Under the pieces are notes generated by a model. That model saw only the letters and a program-made list of their open reading frames with translations. It was not told where the DNA came from and ran no database searches. The position numbers were made by a program, and so were the translations under genes. A DNA stretch of 63,610 bases, the filler included, from Reticulomyxa filosa (lineage: Eukaryota; Protista; Foraminifera): the NCBI GenBank assembly GCA_000512085.1. It is 22 parts of 22 records of this genome, joined end to end, with 100 filler letters (N's around TTAATTAATTAA, not from the genome) between each part and the next. Parts side by side here need not be neighbours in the genome. Positions count along the whole stretch, not along the records: positions 53,622 to 58,105 come from ASPP01039011.1; positions 58,206 to 60,507 come from ASPP01019780.1; positions 60,608 to 62,013 come from ASPP01017361.1; positions 62,114 to 63,610 come from ASPP01027333.1; 18 more parts are not named here. The stretch is one strand, 5' to 3'. Below are positions 53,622 through 63,610 of this stretch, piece after piece (position 1 is the first letter of the stretch; the number at the start of each line of letters is the position of its first letter).

Positions 53622-54807
53622 ATATTTTCAAACCACTTTTCAAGAACAATTCAATTCTTCATTCACACAATTACATCAACAAGGAAAACAATTCATTAAT
53701 TTGAATCTGAGAGAATTGCTTAGTAAAGAAAATCAACATTTTGGACATTTATTTGATTCAATTGACAATAAAATAACAGAACAAGAAGAAAAAGAAGGAG
53801 GCAATAAAATGAACAGTCAAAAAAATAAATTGATTGAATCATGTTTACGAAGTATGTGGAGTTGTGTATTATCAAAACCTTCTTTAAAACCTTATCCTTT
53901 GAAATTTGCTTCAAATCTTCAATTAAATCGTGAAATTCAATCTAAAAATATTAAAATTGCAAAAGAATTTTTAGGGAACAACGATGACTGCGATAGTATC
54001 GGCTATTTCATTTGGCCATCCTTAATCCGATGCGACACTAATGAGTTATTACATATCCCTATTACTGCCTGTTACACGAACTTCGATGTTATTATATTAA
54101 ATAAAAATAATATTTTGCAAAGTAATATCAAACCTAATCATCAAATTACTTCAGAGGATCAAAAGGGAGCAAAAACCGAACAAGTTGAAACATTAGAGAA
54201 TTGGATTAAACAGTACGATATGATACGGGAAACAAGCATTTCAGTTTGGCTCATTTCTTATTTATTTATTTTGTTATATTACAATTTTCTTTTAATTCCT
54301 ATTTTTTTGTGAAGTTGGCTGAGCAGCTTAACGAAACAGATGTAGCGAAGAGACATTGCAAATCCTGGTGCTACTATATCCTATTTTGCATTGCGGATAG
54401 CGCTTATGAAGTTGCGTATGGTGAGATCATTGATAAAAAAAACATTAAGAATGTATCAGAAAATATTCAGAAATTAGTGTTGCAAAATGCAAAATTCGAC
54501 ACTTCAGCAATACAGCCAACAAAGTTGAAATCTATTTAGTAAATCACAAAACTTAAAAAAAACAAAATAAACAAAACAAAAAAGACTTAAAGAGGAAATT
54601 ATGGCGTACGCATGTGAAATCTACAAGCTATTTCGGAGGGGATTACAAATCAAGCCAAAATTGATGTTGCTTAACAGGAATTTCTTCAAAAAAACTGCAA
54701 ATATCCAACAATCAAAAATGATTATTTATGTTTGGTCTGGTGTTGGTGCTTTTTCTGGTAACACACTTGAGCGTTTGTCTAGGTCTATTACATACGAATT
54801 TCATTAA
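53622..54807 (+). CDS. Mieap/SPATA18 C-terminal-like protein, 5' partial (paralog of 56236-57990)
   Basis: CLRSMWSCVLSKPSLKPYP...IGYFIWPSLIRCDT is shared with the paralog. Two introns. Confidence 0.55.
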
Positions 54808-56235
54808 TTTTTTTGTTTTTTTTAAATTCCTCCTTGCAATAAACTTGGAAAAATGTTGAAAAAATATTTGGAATTAAGTGCTTGAAAAACACAACACGTA
54901 AAATTTCTCTTTGAATATCGCAACTGATTTCTCTTGTCCTGATTTAGGCAATTTTTTATACCTTAAATCTATTTTATTTGAACCAATTGGAAGGAATAAT
55001 TTTACAAATCAAATGTTGTTTTGCTACCTTCAAAAATATTATCATTTTATTTTTTGTAAACTTGAGCTAAACATTGTCTTTGAGACAGTCATGTCTCTTT
55101 GTCTATGTGATTGCTAAAAGGAATGGCCTTCATTGAAATAGTCTCTATTTGTGAGTGGCTTTTCTTTTTCGTTAAGAGGTTGATTTTGGAGAATCTTGCA
55201 CGTGCATTTTGACGTCTTTACTAACGAATATTTCAACACCATCTTCAAATCTGTACTCATTCTTCATCGCTCCTCGGTTCCTTGTTCGTCTTGATCTTGT
55301 GCTTGTAAAACTACGCTCATTTTAAGAAGAATTTTTGGTAACAATCAAACTGCGTTCAAGTAATTAAAACAGCGAAATTGGCCACTTCTCAAGTGATTGC
55401 TGTATTTTTCCTCTAAACATCTGTTTATGTCACTTCAATTACTTTTTATCTCTGATATATTTGTATTAGAATGCGGCCATGTTTTTGCTCCTTTCCAAGT
55501 TTGGTAATTTAGATCGTCTTTACTACTGATTACAAATTGTTTTATACATAAGCTCCAACGAAATCAAACAGAAAAATCAAAATTAGACTAAATGTTGTTT
55601 TTTAGCTCTTTTACAAGTTAACATGTAAAAAGAGCAAAACGCTAAGACGTTTAAACAATAAAAGATAAATCTTTATCAAATTTGTTTATTTTAGCACATG
55701 TTTTAATATATACTTTAAAAACATGGGAGTCTACTGTGGAGAATCTGCACTAAACGTAATACGAAAGGAACTTAGTTCCAAAAGAACAATTTCAGTAAAA
55801 GGAAAGTAAATTAAAGATAATAATGACAAAAGGAAAGTAAGAAAAGACAAGGAAGTAAGAAGTAGTTAACTGAGGAAGTTTAACCCAAAGGGAGCTCCTC
55901 AGTTCCATACGAGTTCAACCATGTGTGATAAGGGCTTGCCCTACAAACATTATAAAAATGTTACACAAGACAGAATTGTTCTGCGTGCTTAGTTGAAAGT
56001 AGTGTTTTGATTTGTAATAAAGATATTTGCCACATCTGAGGCTATCAAGCGAACTTAAAAAAAGTGAATACGAGAAAACAATATCTATCACATCAATCAA
56101 AAGAAAAAGTACTTTTAGCTTAGTATTCGTTAACAAAATAGATGGACTTCCGTCGTCAATCAAATCAAACCAAAAGCTTTATGAAACGGATAATTATCAA
56201 TTTTCAGCTTTTCATTTTTTTTTCCTTTTCATAAA

Positions 56236-57990
56236 TTAATTCCTTTTTCTGTGGTTATATACAATAGACTGTGATAAAGGAGTAATTTTGCCATCAGAAA
56301 ACACGCCAACACCAGACCAACTAAAACAAATACTAGTTCCTTCTTGTTCCATCTTTAAAACCATATCTGTAACATCGTCTTCATGTTTTGGAAGAAAATT
56401 TCTGTGACGTAACACCAGTTTTGATTCTATTTGTAGTCCTTTCCGAAATTGCTTGTACATCTCACATCCATATTTTGAAATTATCTCTTTAAATCTTTTT
56501 TGTTGTTTGTGTGCATTTTTTTTTTTGAGTTTCGTTTATTAAAAAAAATTTTTACCTTATATCTTTCTGCAATGTCGTTATTATTTTTTTTTTCAACAAC
56601 TTCTCAATATTTTTTGATGCGTCGTTAGCATTCTCGATCTTGTTAACTGCAACTTGATAAGCGCGGTCTGTGATCCAAAACACAGTACGGCGGGCATATT
56701 GCCTGATTTGTCCTTCATCCCATTCGCTAGTTTCCTTCAATATTTCTTCAATCTCTTGAGCCGACTTTCACAAAGAATATAAGTAATAGAAAAATAATGT
56801 AAACAAAAGAAAAAATAATGCACTTAAAACTGTGGTGCTCATGGATTGCATCTTATCATACTCTTCAATCCAATCTTTTAATAAATCGGATTGATCTGTT
56901 TGTTCAACTTTCGTTTCTTCACCAATCTCATCCTTGAATGAATGATGAATTTCCTTGGATAGTTTTGATTTCTGATTTATTTGATTGTTTAAATTATTGA
57001 AATTTTTTAAATTAAAAAAGGAAATAATATACCTCTTGGATATCTTCTTCGTCTTTGACATTGTCAGCTGCTTTTGCATTGGAAGTAATTGAATTATTTG
57101 ATGGTGAATCATTTTTTAAAAGATGTTGATCATTCGTTTGATTGACATTGAAACGAGCACAACAAACAGCAATTGGAATATTTAATAACTCTTGAGTATC
57201 ACATCGTATTAAAGTAGGCCAAGTAAAATAGCCAATATCATTACAACCACTCTCTTTTCCTAATATTTCTTTGTTGATTTTCGCTTTCTTTGATTTGATT
57301 TCATCATTTAATTTTGAACTGGAATTAAATTCCAAAGGATAAGGTTTTAAAGAAGGTCTTGACAACAAACAACTCCACATACTTCGTAAACATGCATCCA
57401 TTAATGCATGTTTTTTTGTATTTAATTTATTATTATCTTTTTTTTCTTTTTCTTCTTGTTCTATCGTTGTATTAAAAATTGAATCTGATAAATACTTAAA
57501 GTTTTCATTTTCTTTAATAAGTTGTTCTTTTAGTTTTGAATTAATGAATTGTTCTCCATGTGGAAGTAATTGTATGATTGAAGAAGTAAATTGTTCTTGG
57601 AATACAGTTTGAAAGTATCTTTGTGCAGTTTCTTTATTTAATCCAAATGGTTTTTGCAAATTTTGTAATTGTGTATCCCAATATGATTGTATGAATTCAT
57701 AAGATAATCTCAAAATTGTGAATGATACACAATGTGCAAATCTTGCCAAAAGTGCTGTATCAAATTTTTTGGTTTCCTCACTACTTTTTAATTGTGTCAT
57801 TATTTCACTTGTATAACTTACTCGATAGTTATCGCGTATTGCATCGTAAGCTGTCACAATTTTATTCATTGCAGGGAATTCGCTTTCGATTCCTACTCCT
57901 ATCGTTAACTCACAAATTCTTCCTCGCAAATCTTTCACTTCATCAGACAATCGGTCAGCTGTGCTACATTATTACATGAGACCCATTGAC
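56236..57990 (-). CDS. Mieap/SPATA18 C-terminal-like protein, 5' partial
   Basis: 312-aa exon plus three downstream exons. C.R..W..L..P and I.YF.WP.L motifs. Confidence 0.55.
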
Positions 57991-58205
57991 CATTTTATGA
58001 TTTTTGTTTTCTACCATAAAAATGGGATTTTTTTTAAAAAAAAAAGGAGTAGATAAGTAGATAATGATCACTCGATTGTGTTTTGTTTTTTTTTTTTTTT
58101 TTTTTNNNNNNNNNNNNNNNNNNNNNNNNNNNNNNNNNNNNNNNNNNNNTTAATTAATTAANNNNNNNNNNNNNNNNNNNNNNNNNNNNNNNNNNNNNNN
58201 NNNNN

Positions 58206-58243
<38 letters not shown>

Positions 58244-58245
<2 letters not shown>

Positions 58246-58845
58246 GTCACGGCAAGCCCAGTGTATAAACCATCGAGATCAAATGACTTTGAACATGGTC
58301 CACGTTTCAATGCAACAAATGGTAATAATTACAGAGGCGCGGTGCGAGGCCAATCGCAGATGCTGAGACGGAGAGGCGGCTTGAACACGGGCATACGTGG
58401 AATCAAGACTGGATTTAGAATTGGAAGTCGAGGCGGAGGGATGAGGGAATCCCCAGTGGCAAGAATCAACGCGGACAGAAAAACTCCGATCCGCGGCAGT
58501 AGAGGTCGAGGCAGAGGTACAGCCTTAGCTGCGGCCAGAGGAAGAGATCGTGGAAGTGCGACTAAAACAAAAAGCTCATCGGGAGGTGCCTTGACGGAAA
58601 AACAGCTGGACAGAGAATTGGAACGATACTATGGAAATAAGGACCCACAGAAACTGAAAGAGATGAAAAATGATCAACTGGACAGGGAAATGGATGAATA
58701 TTGGAAGACACAAGACGAAAATGGACACAGTGAAACTAAAGGCAGCAAAACTGACAAAGCCGAAAATAGCAACAATGACAACGCACAAAGAAACAAAGCC
58801 AAAAATAATACTAGTGACAATGTTTCAAAAAAAGGCTCAGAGTAA
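58244..58845 (+). CDS. RGG-rich protein with duplicated FoP/Chtop C-terminal motif (mRNA export adaptor-like), last exon
   Basis: RG/RGG tract followed by TEKQLDRELERYY and DQLDREMDEYW. Confidence 0.75.
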
Positions 58846-59329
58846 GCCAAATCTAATGAAGAATCAGCCAAGTACAGACTTTTAAATCAAAGAGAAAAAA
58901 AAACTCATTGCAAAAAGAACAAAAAAAAAAAAAAAAAAAATCAATCGGGCGATATGGCAGACTTGGGGAGGGGGCATTTTTTTCTCTTCCTTGCTCTTCT
59001 TTCTTTTTTTTTATACAGCGACAGTGGCACATTCCTAATTTGCTCTGTTGTGCCAATCAAAAACAAATTTCTTTGCGCATTACCCTACTTGTCAATCATT
59101 TTTTTCCCCCTTCTATTTGAAATTTTATTGGACGACTGTTTCGATTTGCTTTTATCAAGGAACTGAAAAATTATATGTTTAAAAAAATCGTGCAGGTTTC
59201 TGCCCTAAATTGATTTTCGCTCACCAAAAACTTGATTACAATACTGAAAAGATATGACGCAACTGTCTTCCCAAATGTGTTTTGTTCGCAGCTACGATAT
59301 TCGCTGTGAATCTCTAGTTGTAAAATAAA

Positions 59330-60182
59330 ATGGAAAATAGCATAACTGATCATTGCAATGACAACGACAAAGATTCGGCAGGCGAAATCAACATTACCGA
59401 TTTATTAGCTCAAATGCGCGAAAAACGAAAGCATTTGAGAGATGCACTTGACACAACATTGCAACAACATGAATTAGTGTCTCTGCAAATCAGTGATGAC
59501 GCAACAGAACAAGTTAGTGAACGTAGTAACAGAGAACTCATTGGATATAATATAACAAAATCGTCAAAGGAGAAAACGGACAAACTTTTGAGTTCGTTCA
59601 CTCCAACTTATCAAATCGAAAGTAACTTAGCTCTCTTAACCACAATTACAACAGATAAAGAGTTAACATTTCAAACAATACAAGCAGATTATCAAAATGA
59701 TTCCAAGAGCGCAGAATTTGAAACAAGTAATCTAGAAAGTACGTTGGAACCAAAAGGGGCTTCTATACAAGACTTTGGCCGAGTAAATGAAAGCAACATC
59801 CAACAAGACGGTTTATTGCAACAAAACAAAGCTTTGCCACGGGTGTGTTGCTTTAATAAGTTTCAAGAGAATATTTTTTTGTAGTATATCCACAAACAAA
59901 TAAACAAAGTAGATTAATATCCAACCGGCTGTAGGTGATAGTTTACAGCCCACGTACAAACTAAACATGCCAGAAATGACTGGTTTTCATTTCCAGCGAC
60001 AAGGAGCTAATATAGCTGAAGAATTAACTACTTCGCATCTAGAAATAAACCAAGACGAAGGTTGTTTAACACTCCAAAGTCCTTACGTACCTCTTTTGTG
60101 CATTAGCTTCCTACATATACGTACCGCTTCTGACAAAATACAACAATACAGAAGAAATCCGAAAAAAGCTGATCTTAAATGA
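59330..60182 (+). CDS. Hypothetical protein
   Basis: 184-aa ORF plus a probable downstream exon. No family recognised. Confidence 0.4.
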
Positions 60183-60469
60183 TCTTCCAGATAATATTCA
60201 AATTCAAAATTTTCTTTTTTTAGATGCCATTTCGTTGGCACATCTTTGTACTGTTTCTACAAGATGGAGACGCATTATTATAGATACAGCTAGATATCTG
60301 TTTTCCCTTGTATTTCGCTTGTACCCAGAAAAAATGCCAATAAAAAGCATGTCAGTTAATATGATGGATTTAAAATCTAACAAACCAAAACTCGGTTGAC
60401 ACAAAAAACTTTTGAAATTTTATCAGATTATTATTATTACAAAAAATATGGAGCCACTCTATATTTTTA

Positions 60470-60501
<32 letters not shown>

Positions 60502-61396
60502 CATTTTNNNNNNNNNNNNNNNNNNNNNNNNNNNNNNNNNNNNNNNNNNNNTTAATTAATTAANNNNNNNNNNNNNNNNNNNNNNNNNNNNNNNNNNNNN
60601 NNNNNNNGACAATACGATCCGGATATGGCAGTAGCAAAAAAAAAAAAAAAAATACATACATTATATATTTTTATGATGGACATAGATTCTTTCAAAAAAC
60701 AACAAACTTGCTTGGACTACTTTTTTAATAATATCAGTCTGTCTGTATCGTTAGCATAATTTTTGAACAACTGATCGTTTGGCGTTTTAACAATTTTTAA
60801 GTATAGCATTTCTTTAATGCATGAACCAGATTTAAATTGGAATTATGTCCATAAAGTATCATAAATAGATGTGCAGATTATATGAATTGCTCGTTAAACA
60901 ACATGATAGAATTTTGATCTTTTTGTTTTGCTATTGGTTGTTTACTTCTTAATAAAATTCGTCCAAGTGTTTAATTTTTGATGGACTTTCAAACGCTCTT
61001 TCTTTTAAATACTTTTCTACTCGGCAAAATGTTTTTTTTTTTTTTTAAAGATTGAAAAGATAATACATTATTGTTAATTTTTGACAAATTATCATCATAT
61101 TAGCGTGTGATACTCTATTTACACAATATACTAGCACTCAAGTTTTTTTGAACGACAAAGACAACAGTGATTTGTTGCGCATGAACTCATTAGTACAATC
61201 GTGAAAAGCAAAAAAAAAAAAGCAATACACAGTTGTACACTACAAAACCGTATCTTTTCTTTTATAAGTCACGTTTTACCAAAGCGGACTAAAACTGGCA
61301 AGGAAGGCGCCCCCTTTTGTTTTAAGTATTTTTTTTTTTTAGTCATTCTGTCTCAATATTTATTTATTTCACTCAGTTGAATAAAAAAAAAAACCA

Positions 61397-61903
61397 ATGG
61401 AAGCTGTGGCCAAGAAACGACAAGAGCATAAGAAGCAGTTTCGCGAATTTGTAGACAAAGTAGAACCGTCGACAACTTGGAAGGCGTTCCTGAAAAAGTA
61501 TAGAATCGACAACATAAGATTTGACGTCCTTTCAGGATGTCATTACGAGCAGGCAGTGACGCTGTTATGTTTCCAGTTCAGCATGTACGGCAACGTGACA
61601 AATCATGTATCCTTCAACGTATCCATCGAAGACAACTTGCCACGATTCTGTCCGTTGGTGAAGTTTGCCATCCGCATGGGTACCTCTATGGTGGCCTTGG
61701 AACGCGCTACCAACCGAGTAGTGGGAGTTGCTATTACCCGTGACATTTTGGAGGCAGACGAAGTCGAGCAAGAGAGCAACAACAACAACGACACACTCTC
61801 AATGCATCCCTTTCACTCCTTGCGCAAACAAATTGTAAACGAGGCCATTTTAAGTCTTCCCGAACTTGCAAATTATTTTTCAAAAGATATGAAGCCATTA
61901 AGG
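61397..61903 (+). CDS. GNAT acetyltransferase (arylalkylamine/dopamine NAT-like), first exon
   Basis: IRFDVL...YEQAVTLLC..F and GTSMVALE..TNRVVGVAI fit the GNAT N-terminal strands. Confidence 0.6.
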
Positions 61904-63610
61904 TGATTTTTTTCTTTTTCTCCTTGCATCCCCCCTCTTTTTTTTTTTTTTTTTTTTTTAGATACGTAAATAGGTATGCATATATGTGTGTACATATGTA
62001 TATATTTGAATATNNNNNNNNNNNNNNNNNNNNNNNNNNNNNNNNNNNNNNNNNNNNTTAATTAATTAANNNNNNNNNNNNNNNNNNNNNNNNNNNNNNN
62101 NNNNNNNNNNNNNTTGCAACCGTATATTTAAATCTATTTCAATCTCAAAGTTTTATTAATCGTGTTTTTTATGCTTTATTTGTTTATTTTGTTTCCTCTA
62201 GTTTAAATGGATCATTTCTCAACTTTTCTGTTGATTCTATTTAGTATATGTTTGCACACACACACATTTCTTTTTGTTAAAACCTCTTTGGTACTATTTG
62301 TTCCTCTTCCTTCACATTATTTTGATGCCAATTAACCTGTTGTCGTATTAAGCATTTTTTTTTTACAAAATGTCCGAAAAATACAAATCTTTACTTTTGA
62401 GAACAGAGCTGAGTATTTTCAAAATCCATCAAGTAGAGAAGAAACCCTTGATTGTCGTTGTTTAAAACACGACAAAATTGATATATCATTATTAGATAGT
62501 GTTTTGTATATTTATAAGCTTTATCTCAATGAAAATATTGCATTAATTCATATAAATAACTTAGTTTCCTTTGCACCAAAATAGCAAACGAAAAAGCACA
62601 TAATACAAATTCTCAAATTTCTTTACGACAAACAGTATTTGAATAACTAATCAAACAAAGTATGTTTGATTTTATGATACTATGTTAATTGATGTGCACT
62701 TTGGTAAAATAATCATTTTTTGCTTTTTTTTTTTGAACTGATGAATTATTGATTTTTTTTTCGAAAGTGGATTGTAAAGCTTCGTGTTTTGTACACAAAA
62801 CGTTGTAATCATTGTAGAGACATCATTTTGATTAATTTCATCTCTTGTTTCCAAAGATTGTATACATGTTTGTGTAAAGATACATGTTTTGGCTGGACAT
62901 GATTCGAGTGACAGTAATAATGAAGGGAAAAGAATATGTTGAACATGAACGTGGATATTGATTGATATTAATCGCTTTCCATTTTTTTTCCCACTTTCTA
63001 CTTTGCAAAATGTCGTGTTCTTCCAATGTACTGAAAACATTGTTTGAGCCAATGTTTAATTTTTTTTTTTAGTTGTTTGAAATAAGAGGATGAGGGGAGA
63101 AGAAGACTGAGCGATGCACGATCCACAAAATTTTGTAATAAGTACAAGATTTCGGCAAGAATTCCTTATCATTTTTTTTTTCCTCTTTTGAACTATAAAA
63201 CAATCTTTCTTTTGGACTCAATAGAGCTTTTTGTTCCGTCCTTTTCATGCAAAAAAAAAGATCATTTGCTATATACCTCTCAAAAGTGCATGTTTTGGCA
63301 TTTTGTCTATCTCAATTAAGAATAAAAACTGGTCCGTCGTTTTTAAATTTTTATTTACAGGCCAAAACCTTGGATAAAATTGTTTATTTATATTTTTATC
63401 CAAAATTTTTTCTACTCTTTTGTAAAACAGTTAAAAAGTATTCTTTTTAACAAGCAATAAAACGACATTGTTTAGAACACATCAACAAAAAGACTAGAAA
63501 TTGTTTTTAAAAAACTAGCTAATTTTTTTTCAGTCTGATGTGTACTTAGTTTGAAAGAGAATTTCGCAATAGTTTGATGATTAATAGGCAAGCTACTGAC
63601 CAATTACAAG

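Noticed and set aside
4330-62113. Recurrent TTAATTAATTAA palindrome flanked by Ns, resembling a dispersed repeat or array
   Set aside because: Fixed-length six-frame-stop concatenation linker, so an assembly artefact.

Overview
AT-rich, intron-containing eukaryotic DNA. It consists of 22 short contigs joined by 21 artificial N44-TTAATTAATTAA-N44 linkers, so adjacency across a linker means nothing. The gene families (expanded WD40, TPR, TRAF-type RING and CAP-Gly genes, many pseudogenes) suggest a rhizarian protist, probably a foraminiferan like Reticulomyxa; this is inference. Recognisable housekeeping genes are Ku70, APC2, PACRG, an SDR16-type dehydrogenase, CCDC12/Cwf18, PSF2/GINS2, FPGS/DHFS, a Chtop/FoP-like protein, an RRM protein and a GNAT. 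There are also Tc1/mariner and non-LTR RT/RNase H relics. Two themes stand out. (1) Animal-style innate-immunity genes: an intact spliced 2'-5' oligoadenylate-synthetase (OAS)-like nucleotidyltransferase with an extra C-terminal winged-helix (Z-alpha-like) domain, an RNF213-like AAA+ fragment, a catalytically dead caspase-TPR fusion and a TRIM-like FN3-SPRY gene. (2) Unusual intron architecture: degenerate donors, three consecutive GC-AG introns in one gene, purine/poly-A acceptors without a polypyrimidine tract, and complementary simple repeats or palindromes that could fold introns into hairpins.
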